Source: Azolla caroliniana (taxonomy: Eukaryota > Plantae > Polypodiophyta). From it: a stretch of 64,000 nt of DNA. Each line of letters starts with the position of its first letter. Within the stretch, counting starts at the first letter, position 1. Below, one piece after another: positions 26,001 through 37,972 of the stretch. Location of the stretch: positions 9,982,001 to 10,046,000 of the forward strand of contig JBHGNT010000022.1 of NCBI GenBank assembly GCA_043228905.1, given 5' to 3'. The position numbers and the translations under genes are program-made. The notes below the pieces were generated by a model, which was not told the origin of the DNA, did not search any database, and was given only the letters and a program-made list of their open reading frames with translations.

Positions 26001-28660
26001 GACCTTGAGTTCCCGTAGCTTTATGTCGGTGAACCAGTGCCCTATGCCAGCCGGATTCCGTAAACTTGGGTCCGACGCGACCCCTTTTATCCGCTCCTCG
26101 CTTCCCCTTGTCAAGGGTGCCGCGATTGGCCTCACCTTCCAGTCCACAGTCTTGTACTTTCTATCTACGCGGGCCGTCCGATCCGACCCGATCCTTTCCC
26201 CGAAATCCGCGATGACTTCGTACATTCCCATCGAACTAACCGGAACGGTCTGGTCTTCTCTAAGGTCTTCACAGATCACCTTTTGCAACTTGCCCAAGGG
26301 GTCGTCAAAAGAGACCGCCTCCACGGCGCCACTGATTTCTTCGTCGGGGCAGAGAACTCCGCATCCCCTGAGCCGCTCCTCCGCTCACTTCCTCTCCCGG
26401 CCGCTGACGCCGGCTATAGTACAACCTCCGTTTTCGGAGAACCAAAACTTCCTACCTACTGTACATGTGTGGGATTCTTCCGGTACGTCCGGACTACCGC
26501 GACCCCACGCCTTGATAGCCCTCTCTAAAAATCCCCTCGGTTGTCACCACCGAGGGTCTCGCGATTCCTTTCATGGTTCAGACGTACGGTCATGAACTGG
26601 ACAGAATGCCGACTGTCTTGGCTCTTGACGCGCGTGTATGCCGAACCGTTGTCCAGCACCTTCGTCTCCATGCGTGTTGCCGTAATGTACGGTTCGCCGA
26701 GAATCACCGGGTGCGAGGATATTTCCTGCACGAAGAAATGTTGATCTATCTCGACGTCACCGATCTTTACGCGTACATTTGGGCACGCACCATGCAACTC
26801 CTCCATAGCACGCGTCGCCGTGCATATCTTCCACCCATGCTTGGTGTTGATCGGCCATTTACCCTTCTTGTAGAAATCCATGGACATCAGGTTGATTTCG
26901 AATCCATGGTCTACCAAGGCCACCACCGGTTCCGGAACGTCGCCGATCCGAACAGGGGTTTCCGTAGTTGCCCTGGCCCAATGCGGCTTCTCGTAGTGGC
27001 TTTCCGCCAACTCGTCTTCTAGGGCCGTGTCTTTTTAAGTGCGTAGTTCGCACCTCCACCAGCTTCTCCGGTTCTGGCTCTGTCGAGAGACTCTTCCGCT
27101 TCACCAAGTCTACGATGTTGTCGTGGAACTCCCTCTTGGCGATTCCCAGCACCTCCCGCAACGACAACTCCACTTTACTGTCGAGGATCCGCTCTTCAAG
27201 GACCTTCCGTAGGTCCGTTGCTCTCTCGATTTCGGTGCTCAACTGAAACCCCGCCCGTATCCTCCCATCCGGCGCGCTTGGGTTGCTGACACCGGTCGGT
27301 TTCGGTCCGAACCGGGTTTCGTACCTCTACAGGGGACCGACCCCTCCGACCTTCCCTACCCATTTGTCTTCAACCAGAACCTCGTAGTTCTGGCAAGCGG
27401 CTTCTACGAAGCCCGTTTTCTCTTCGACCGGATCGTCCCATCCGGTGACCTCCTGGACCCGTTGTTCCTCGCGGTCTGCCTCTTCCTTCTTCAACTGAAC
27501 TCCGGAGAGGCCTTCTAGCACTAGCGGCCAGAATCCGAAGTCTTTAGCCTTCTGGGTCTCATCATCGCCGACCCAAATTCCCGCCGACACTGAGTAGTTA
27601 ACGGCTTCTACATGTCGTGTCGCGGCTTCTTCCATCAACCTCTTCATTCCGCTGCACCCCGTATTTAGTTCTACGGCTCTCCAGGTCTCGCTCGCGTGCA
27701 CCCGCCCGTTCCAGAGCTACACCACGTTGGTCTTGAGTGCGTCGGCGTAATCCGCGCAATCCTTCCGAATGTGACCGATCGTGTCACACCACATGCACCG
27801 TTGCCCAGCCGGCGGCCTCCGGTTGCGAGGTTGTTTGTCGTTGTCTCTCCGGGCCTATGCTATCTGCAAGTCGCGCACCATCTGTATCAGCTCCTCTAGA
27901 GCCGCTCCTCCGGATGGGCCTTCGACCACGTCGTTCGATGCAGACCCCGACTCCAGCCAAATTCGGGTCTCTTCCTTCCTACCGGCTGGCACTAATCTCG
28001 GCTCCTCGAGCCTCCTCGCCGGGACCGGTCCTGACTCCGACAAGCTTTCGTCACTCCACTCACGCCCTTTGTCGAATCGGTTGCAGACCCGTTTTACCAT
28101 GGCCCAATCTACCGTGAGCCCTTCGTCCGTCTCCAGTAGGGGACCCACCTTCTCCCTGTCGAGTGCGTCCACCGACTTGACAAACAGTAGTACTCGACTC
28201 GTTTCGAGCATGGTCCGGTCCAACGTCGACAGCCGCGCGAATCGTTTTTCGAACTCCTGGAGGAACGCCGACATGTTCCTCCCTTTTCCGGGCCTTTCCA
28301 CCCACACCATGAAGTCCCGCCGTAACAACCGAAGCGAGTCATCAAACCCGTACTTCTCGAGGAGCTGCAGCTCGAACTCCTCCCAAGTCTGGCATCCGGC
28401 CAGCACCTCGGGCACCTCCGAGTGGATGCTCGGCATCACCACCCGAGGGAATCCGGACAACCGCCTGTCCACCGGGATATCCCTCATGATCATTTGGGCC
28501 CGGTAAGCCTCCAAATAACTTGTGGGATTCTTCCCACCGAATCCGCCTATGCTGCCGACGATCAATTCAATGGCTCTGTCGAGTGTACCCGTCCCCTCGC
28601 GAGCGCTCACCATCCGGTCGACGGCTACCGCCATTGCCTCTACTAGCTTCGATCCCCTCA
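23059..28660 (-). pseudogene. Disrupted gag-PR / RT-RH-IN of element C
   Basis: Multiple ORF fragments collinear with the ORFs of G (MRGSKLVEAMA..., ALVDHGFEINLM, PFLDNIPVKG, TVDTSPIGIGW, IVADRGE, WFGPY), with stops and frameshifts. Confidence 0.92.
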
Positions 28661-28986
28661 TCTTCCGACACCTTTGCCGCTTGTTCACGTCGGGTTCACC
28701 AATTATGTCGCGAAGTTTCACGCATGCGTGTAGGAAGAGGCAGGACCACGGGGGTCTTGGACCAAGGAGAGACTGAGAGAGACTGAGAGAGTTGCGGACA
28801 CACAGAAAGAAAATAAGAGCAAGAAACAGGAATCCGATTACTTAATCAGTAGCTTACAACTCGAACAGTTACAACCGGCAAACCGGTACTGGACCTGACA
28901 CAGGGTCCTACTCACGCACACGGACGAGAGCCACTCGACTCAAAGAAATAGAAAAAATGGGGAGAGCCTCTACTATCAACACATAG

Positions 28987-31900
28987 TGTCGTGAAAATTT
29001 CGGCCAGAAGCGGAAACCAGGAAATATTGGCTACATCGACGGGGTGCAGCATGTGCAATCACCCTTGTACATTTAGTGTGAATAACAAGGGCGCCTTTAT
29101 GGCGCCGAAGAGTAGACAAGTCGGGACAGAGAATCCCATGTAAGTCGGGATTTATCCCACATTGTAACGCATCTCCCTCTTTGTTCTATAAAAGGAAGGG
29201 AGCGCCTCTTGTGAAGGGGTTGCCCATTTTGTGTTAGAGGGTATACCGTTAGATTTAGGGTCAATTCTTCTACTTCTTCTTCCTCTTCTTCGCGGTGTGG
29301 GTGGACTGTGGAGGGTTGTTTCTGCTCGGTCTCCTGTGCAAGACCCCGCTCTGCATGAACAGCCCGAGAGCTCCCCGGACGACGGCTTGGCTGCAGATTG
29401 CTGTTGTAACCTACCCTAGCTTGGTCTGGCTCGAAGCTGGGGTTGTATTATTTCCCTTGTAATACATACATTTGCGTCTGTCTGTGTATATTCGTGTCTC
29501 TGTTGGTGTCGGGTGCTTCCCCTTTCCGGCGTTCCTGCACATAAAGGCGTGAGTCGGGTCGGCATGTGTGTGTGTGTGCGCGTGAGTCGGTGTCAAGCGC
29601 GCGCTCCCTCTCTATCTCCCTCTCTTTCTCTCTCTCGTTCGGTTGCTTCCAGAATGCGTCCGGAATCATCTTCTCGGCTTCCTTCCTTCCCTCGTCCGAG
29701 AGCCCCGTGGTCCCACCCTTCTACACGCACGCGCGAAACTTCGCGACATATTTGGTGAACCCGACGTGAAGGGCGGCAAGGGAGAATGGAGTTAGAAGAC
29801 GACTTCGTGCAACTTTTCGTCGAAGCGGTGAGGGAGTTTGGTCGAGCGACAGCAAGGGGAGAGTCGGCGTAGTAAGCGGTCGAGCGAGTGGTCGAAAGAG
29901 TCGCCGTTTCAACGGGTACAAAGTCCCATCTTACTTGGAAGCCTACAACATGGAAATGGAGGAGTGAGACGTGGACGAAGCGTTGAGGCTGGAGTTCTTC
30001 TGTCGGGCTGTCGCCGTCCGTATGCACGCGGAAGTGATGGAGCTCCGAGAAGCTCATAGTTCGTGGGAGGCCTGTGAAGAGGCGCTCCTGCAGGTATATG
30101 GAGGATGGCGGAAGAGCCGGGGATGACACGCCTTCGACCAGTGGGTAGTATTGGCAAAGAACCACCGGGGCGCAACGAAGGCGTTCCGAGAGTTCGAGCG
30201 ACGGCTTGCTCTGCTCCCGGAGCGGGAACAAGGTTTGGTGGGGGCAGACAAAGTCCTATTGTTCGTCAGGTCGATCGACCGAGCGGAACGGGAGGCCATT
30301 GGGATTGACCTCGAAGGCGATGACGGACCGAATGGGCTTATTGAGGACTGGTCGAAGGTCGGAAGGGTGTGCCAATGGCTAGACAACGAGCGAGCCCAAA
30401 AGGCTAAGAGGAAGGCGCACGATGGCGCGCCATCACAACGGGAAGAGGCCGAACGGCAAAGAGTGTCGGCAAAGGTCGGCGTTGGGGCCAGGATTGCAGA
30501 GGTGTACGCAGCTCTCGAGGCAATGCTCGAGGAAGAGGAAAGATCGAGGCCGCAAGCCAAGACTGAGGAGACGAACTTGCCCCACGCGATGGCGGAAGAT
30601 CAGTACCACGGTACCACGGGAGAGGGTGCGGGACAGAACGCCCTCTCGACTTGCAGAGATAGAACGGCGAAGGACGAGGCCGAGATACCGATCGCGGAAT
30701 CAGATAGTTGGGACCAACGGTTTCGGGTGTGTCAGCCCGAAACCCCGGACATCGGAGAAGCAAGCCCAGGCAGGGCTTATGTGATCAGTAAGGAGACGAC
30801 CGCCGACCATGAAGAGCCGGTGGCTATGGACAAGGGCGTAAAACGGACGGGCGATTCTTTGTGTCTTCCCACACTTGCACCCGAGACGATGGTAGTCGGG
30901 CCCGAGTTCCCACGTGAGTCCCAAGAGGAGGAAGGTGCCGGCGAGAGACCGAGAATCACTGATGAGACGATACGGGGAAGGAGCGGACGAAAGCCCTCGG
31001 ACACGTTTCTAGAGAACTCAACATTCGGGCTCTTATGCTCATGTAAGACCGAGGAGATGGATGGTGGTACCAAGGAGTCCTGGCACGATGCCAGCGAAGA
31101 TGGATGGGGGATGTCCTACAAAAGGGTCGATGAAGAGACCAAGGAACGACCCGACCAAGGACCGAACCGCGAGACGCTCCGATACGGGTGGAGCGTAATC
31201 CGGTCGTGGATTGTTCGATCGGGGCCGGATTCGGCATGAAGGTGGCGATATGGGAGAGGGTGCGGGACGAGCCACCCTCTTTTACATGGGGAGAAAGACC
31301 GACCAGGTGAAGGTCGGGAATTGGAAGGAGGATGCTCAGAGGTTCGGAACGAGTCTGGCAAGGTCAGCATAGGAGCCGAAACTCCGGACATTGGAGAATC
31401 AAGCTCAAGCGGGGCTTGATTGATCATACAACGGATGCTATCCACCGACACCACTAAAAGGGGCGGTGGCCCAGACGAGTTGCCGAAAGACGTTGCGAAG
31501 TCGGTTACGCCACATCCTATTTGGAGACTTCGGTTGTTCGGCCGACATGGCAACGTAAGACCAAAGAGAAGGTAGATTGAGGCGGGAACGCAGCAAGGAG
31601 AGCGATGACGAGTTCGGGAGAAGTGCGGGGAACGAAGATCGGTCCCATGAGATCTTCACACTGATCCGGCCGTCGGCCCAAGTGCTGGCGTGAGTCCTAT
31701 AGGAGAGATCGGTGGCGACAGGAGAACGGGACCCAACAATTCAGAGAATGAAGAACGGACCCGGACGAGAACCGGGCGGAGCGGACTCCCGGATAACCAT
31801 TCCGGGAGGGAGGAAGAGAGCAGGCCTATGAAGAGGCCGAGAACACGGTACGTCGGTACCACAGGAGAGGGTGTGGAGCGAGCCACCCTCTCGGCTTGCG

Positions 31901-33780
31901 AAGGAAAGAAAAACCCGGGATAATCGTCAAGGATACGACGAGCCCAAGGAGGATCCTTCACACCGGTTCCAGAGACTCCGGCGGTCGGCCCGAGAGCCGA
32001 CGTGAGACCTAGAGTGGTGATCGGTGGCGGAAAGGGGACGAAGGCGAGGGAACTGCGGACAGGTGGTCTACGGAGATCGTCACACCGATCCGGCGGTTGG
32101 GCCGAGTGCCGGCGTGAGTCCTATAGGAGAGGTCGGTGGCGGCAGGTGAACGTGATCGGACGACGGAAGCAGAGAAAGAAGGTATCAGGCCGGCGACGCG
32201 GCTACTAACCGAATCGGACCTACCGGCAAGGTCACGAGCATAAGGAAGTCCGGTCCTACGGGATCCCCACACCGATTCCAGAGACTCCGGCTGTTCGGCC
32301 AACGTGGCAACGTAAGATCGAGGGAGAAGGAAGGTGGCAACGGGAAATGAGGCCCGACTACACGGAAGACACGAGGAGAGTCTAGGAGGGACTCAAACAA
32401 AGACACCCTGAATTTCGGCAAGTAACAAAACGAAGACCGGTCCTATGGGATCTTCACACCGGTTCCGGAGACCCCGGTTGTTCGTCCAACGTTGCAACGT
32501 AAGACCGAGGGAGAAGGAAGGTGGCGGCAAGGAATGGGACCCGGCATCGACAAAGGTCGGTAAGACGGGGCAGACGAAGTGCGAAACCCCTACCGGCCGG
32601 TTACGGTTTTGGAAGGAGCCGGTAGGGGCAAACACGGGAAGGTATGTCGGGCCGAAAAGGTACACTTGGGGCGGAACAAGACTCTCGCAAGTGGCCATCG
32701 CGGGCCAGATCGAAGTGTGACTACGGGACGGTGTTCGGCATGGCCGGTGCCAAACAAAGCGAGCGCGAAGAATGGGTTGCACAGTTCCGAGGTCACGCGT
32801 AGAAGACCGGAGAAGGATCCTCCACACCGACGTAAGATCTTGGCAGTCCGAGCCGACGTGGCGACGAAAGACCAAGGATAAGGAAGGTGGCGGCGAGGGG
32901 ACTAAGGTAGTGGGGAACAATGCGAGACGACGACCAGGAACACGCGAATGGTCGACGGAGGCCAGGTGAGCGACTACGGGCGTTCCTCAAGCGGAGGAAA
33001 TCGGGCATACAACGGAGAGTGGAGCGTGCATACGGCCGAACAAGGGCCAACGGAAGTATGCGGACTACGGAGATCGTGGCGAAGGACCCATCGACGGGTC
33101 GAACAAGCCTATGGGGAGGTAAGCGCCAAGGAAGAACCGAAGCCGACGATTCAAACCGGCAACGAGCCGGGATGCGGATTACGGAAGACCGGTTTCTCAC
33201 CAGCCGAAATCTCTCACCCTTCACCAGATTTGGCACGTACCCGTGGACGTGCGGTTTGGTGGGGGCGGATGTCGTGAAGAATTTCGGCCAGAGGCGGAAA
33301 CCGGGAAATATTGGCTACATCGACAGGGTGCAGCATGTGCAGTCACCCTTGTAAATTTAGTGTGAATAATGAGGGCGCCTTTATGGTGCGGAAGAGTAGA
33401 CAAGTCGGGACAGAGAATCCCATGTAAGTCGGGATTTAACCCACATTGTAACGCATCTCCCTCCTTGTTCTATAAATGGAAGGGAGCTCCTCTTGTGAAG
33501 GGGTTGCCCATTTTGTGTTAGAGCGTATACCGTTAGATTTAGGGTCAATTCTTCTACTTCTTCTTCCTCTTCTTCATGGTATGGGTGGGTTGTGGAGGGT
33601 TGTTTCTGCTCGTTCTCTTGTGCAAGACCCCGCTCTACATGACGAGCCCGAGAGCTCCCCGGACGGCGGCTTCGCTGCAGACTGCTGTTGTAACCTACCC
33701 TAGCTTGGTCCAGCTCGAAGCCGGGGTTGTATTCTTTCCCTTGTAATACATACATTTGCGTCTGTCTGTGTATATTCGTG
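28987..33780 (+). mobile_element. Element D: gag-only non-autonomous LTR element of the tRNA-Trp group, inserted in the 5' LTR of C
   Basis: 5' LTR 28987-29748, PBS 29753-29770, PPT ggtttggtgggggcgga 33253-33269. The 3' LTR starts at 33270 and is interrupted by Copia E at 33781. No PR/RT/IN similarity in the 3.5-kb interior. Confidence 0.9.
29900..31239 (+). pseudogene. Degenerate gag capsid plus acidic tail of element D
   Basis: RFNGYKVPSYLEAY...MHAEV...SWEACEEALL (one stop), then ORF 30151-31239 with FREFERRLALL...KVLLFVRSID...GPNGLIEDWSKVGRVC. Tail repeats continue to ~32900. Confidence 0.75.
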
Positions 33781-36700
33781 TGAAAAGTAGCGTGCGGAAG
33801 CAAGTATGAAGACCGAACAGAAGGAAGGAAACTCAGGTTTAATGGAGAGCTTGAGCTTACACAGTATACGCGGGAGAGACAGAGAGAGTGAGAGAGAACA
33901 CAAGAACTATATTCAACAATAATACTCAGTCTGTACATAAGACGTGCTCAGTGAACACTTTTATACAAGTCCTAGAAGGACTGACTGAAGTACTGACAGT
34001 ACTTCAATGCTCATCAAGAGCTCCTACACTAACTCCCAAATATATTCCTCACGGAATATCTTTCCTAACAACCTCCCGGTTTACGCACTCGGCCTAACCG
34101 ATCGGTCCCAACCGATCCGGTCCTCGGCTTCTTCAGCCGATCAGGCCAATGTTGAGCTTGTCTCTCAACACTCCCCCTCAAGCTCAACTCGAGGCTCTTC
34201 GGGATCCTCGGGCTCATAGCTCTGGTTCCTCCTGGCTTCATGCCTAGCTTGCGCTCCTCGACCTGTTCGACTCCGCGCGCTTCGACCCTTCCGGTCGGCT
34301 TGTCTGCTCATGCGGCCCTTATCAGCTCTTCTGCTGTTGCGGTGTTGACGCTTCTCCTGCTGCCTTTTCTTTCGCTTGGGCCTCGGTTGATTCAGCGTAT
34401 CTGAATCAAATATCCGAACCGACTCGGCTACTTCCGATCGGTTTTCACTCTCGTCCGAGTTGGCTGTCTCCAACTCGTCTTCGGTCTTCTCGTCCTCAAT
34501 TGCGTCATCTCCCTCATGCGTGGTTGGCATCGGCTCCCTCCTTCGGTTGCTCCCCTTTTGTCCGCTTTCGGACTTTTCCGTGGGTCCGCCCTCGGCTTCT
34601 TCAGCCGATCCGAACTCGAACTCGACAACCGAGTCAACCGACTCAAACTCGGTTTCGCGGTCTCCGTTCCTTTCCTGCTTCCTTGCTTGGTCGTTCGGGA
34701 CTGTTCTCCCCCTCAAGTAAGCCACGTCGAGGTGGCGCAACTAGAGCACACCGGAGAATTGCCGCAACTTGTCCAGACCATGCGGCTTTGTGAAGATGTC
34801 GGCTGTCTGCCGATCCGTCGACACGTAGTGAATTTCGACTTCACCGGAAAGGACACACTCACGGACGAAATGGTAGTGCACCTCAATGTGCTTGGTCCGT
34901 GCGTGAAAAACGGGGTTCTTCGCGAGTTGGATGCTGTTGAGGTTGTCGCCGTAGATCGTCGTCGGATCTGACACCTCCACGTGCAGGTCCTTAAGTAGCC
35001 GCTTCAACCATATGGCTTCGCATGTCGCGACAGCCGCTCCTCGGTACTCAGCTTCTTACTGGACCGCGCGATCGCGGCACTCCTGAGGGAGAACGCGTAT
35101 CCGGACGTGGATTGGCGATCGGCGGCGTTGCCAGCCCAATCAGCATCGGTGTAGCCGACTAACTGTGTGGCTGCACCGGTCCGATATAGCAGTCCGCGGT
35201 CCTTAGTGCCGCTTACGTATCGAAGTACGCGTTGCGCACACTGAAGGTGCTCCTCGGTAGGTCGCACCATGAACTGACTGATCACCCTGACCGGATAACT
35301 GAGGTCGGGTCGGGTGATGGTCAAGTATATGAGGCTTCCAACAATTTGTCGAAACCTTGTCGGGTCGCATTCCTTTCCCGTATCGGGACGAAGCTTGACG
35401 GTTTTGTCCAGAGGAGTCGAGACGGACTTACAGTCGGCCATCCCGAGCTTGAAGAGCATACCCATCACGTAATGACGTTGGCTGATCAATATGCCTTCGG
35501 GGGTACGGATCACTTCGATCCCGAGGAAGTAATGAAGGTCCCCCAACCCTAAACGTCTCATCGTAGTCGATGCCATGTTTCTGCACGTAGCCCTTTGCCA
35601 CTAGCAAAGCCTTCTGCCGGTTGACCGAGCCATCGGTGTTGTACTTGACCTTGTACACCCACCTACACCTGATCGGTTTTACCCCTCTTGGTGCGTCAAC
35701 CAGGTCCCAGGTCTCGTTCTCCGCCAATGCGTGCATCTCTTCTTCCATCGCGGCACACCAATTCGCGTTTTTAGCCGCTTCTGCGTAGCTCTCCGGCTCA
35801 CGCACTTCCGCTACACGGGTCATGTACGCATAATGATGCGCCATGTACTCGTTGTATCCGAACCGCAAAACAGGATTCTTCTGGCGGGTAGATCGGCATA
35901 ATCTCACATTAGCTGATGTCGAGGCCTTCTCGGTCAACGCGGTCTTCACCTTTAAAGACCCATCACCAGTTCCCTCGGAGTCGGACTCGCGTCGGTCTGA
36001 CTCGTTCTTATCCATGCCGGAATCCGACACCTTCTTCTTCCCTTTCTCTTTGCGCGTAAGCCGTCTCTTCGGCTTCCTATGTAGGGAATGCACGGTCGAG
36101 TCTCCACTACTCGCCGGCTCTTCATCGGACTGATCGTACCGACTCAGTCGTCCAATCGGTCCACTTAAGCGGAGTGAAATCGGACTCTCTTCGCGGGTCT
36201 CGATTTCGGGCTCATCCGAAGGCATCTCGACCTCGCTAACCTCATCGTCAGAACACGGATTGGACTCGGGGTTCGGAGTCGGGGGCTGGTACCAGGACAC
36301 GGACTCGTCAACCACAACGTTGTGGCTAACACGCGCTTGTTTGGTGCGAGGGTTATAGCACTTATAACCCTTCTGCTCGTCCGAGTAACCGACCAAGATG
36401 CATTTCTCGGCCTTTGCGTCCAACTTCCTCCTTTTCTCCTTCGGTATATGCACATACGCAATGCTACCGAACACCCTCAAGTGTCGTAAGTTCGGCTTTG
36501 TTCCGAAGTATAGCTCGTGCGCCGACACCTTGTCTCCGATCCGGTTCTGGATGTATACCGCGGTCCTTACCGCCTCGGCCCAGTAGAACTTGGGCAAGCT
36601 CTTCTCCTCCAGCATTGCCCGTGCCGCTTCCACAACTGACCGATTCTTTCTCTTGGCCACGCCATTCTGCTCCGGCGTGTATCTACAACTGAATTCGCGG

Positions 36701-37972
36701 CGAATTCCCATTTGTTGTAGGTAACCGTTGAATTGACCGGAAAAGTATTCTTTCCCGCCATCCGACCGTAGGCACTTGATCTTTCATCCCGTTTCCGTTT
36801 CCACGAACCCTTTGAGGTCCCGAAAACAGTTGAAGACTTCGCTCTTCCTCTCAATGAGGTAGATCCACGTGTGCCGCGTGTGGTCGTCGATGAAGGAGAC
36901 GAAATATCGGCTCCCGCCAAGACTAACGTTTTGTGGCGGCCCCCATACATCGGAGTGTATAAGGTTGAGCTTATTCCGGCTCCAGTTTCACTCGTTTGGG
37001 AAAGGAAGTCGGTGTTGCTTCCCGAGCTGGCAGGCTTCACAAATTTGTGCCTTTCAGCCACTAAATTTGGGCAATCTGAATACTACCTTTTTCGATTGCA
37101 GATCTTGAAGCCGTTGGTGGTTGACGTGGCCTATCCGCTGTCGTGAAGAAAACCGTCCATAGGCGGAATCGGCAGACCAAGGCGTGGGAACCAGTTCCTC
37201 ACGCGCGCACGCTCCAAGTCGAACATAGAAGCGAGCTAGGAGGATAATCGGCAGGAACGGGCCCTAACACGAGTGGAGACAAAGACCGCGCGAACAGTCT
37301 TTTCGGTCGCGCGCGCGAGCTAAGGGACGGCACGAGTCGGCGGCGTAACTACGCGGATGCGTGAAGAACGGAGCGGATCCCTGTTCGAAAGGGACAGGGA
37401 ATAAAGCTGACATGACGGCTTGCTCGTCGGCCTATATAAGGAGCAAGAAAGAGCTGTTGCGATCATCTCGGGCAGAGAGGACGAAGTGCTGTCGGACCGT
37501 TTCGGGACGCTTCTCTCTCTGTTTCCTTCCTTCTTGAGCTCCATAGCTTTCTGTGCAGGCTTCCGAGGAGGCTCGCGCTGTTTCGAGGAACGCCCGAGTG
37601 CTTCCGGCAGCACCTCCGACCCGCTACCCCTTTGTGCGTCGAAGCGAACAGGCATCGGCATCTGTTCGCCGGCCTGTTCGGTTGCAACCAACCTGTGCCC
37701 CATCGAGGGTTGTAGTCGTGTTAGACATTTTGTTAATATACATATTTAGTCATTCGCATCTGTCTGTGTCGGTGTCTGTTCGCGTTCTCCGTGCTAAAGG
37801 GCCGTGTCCCTGTGTATCCCCGGTCCTGCGTAGCCGGTTCTCTCTCTTTCTCCTCCCTGCTTGCTCTTTGGTTCGAGACCCCCGCGGTCCCGCCTCGTTT
37901 TCACACGCACTTGCGTAATATCTCGACATCTTTGGTGAACCCGACGTGAAAGAGGCGGCAGAAGAGCAGAAG

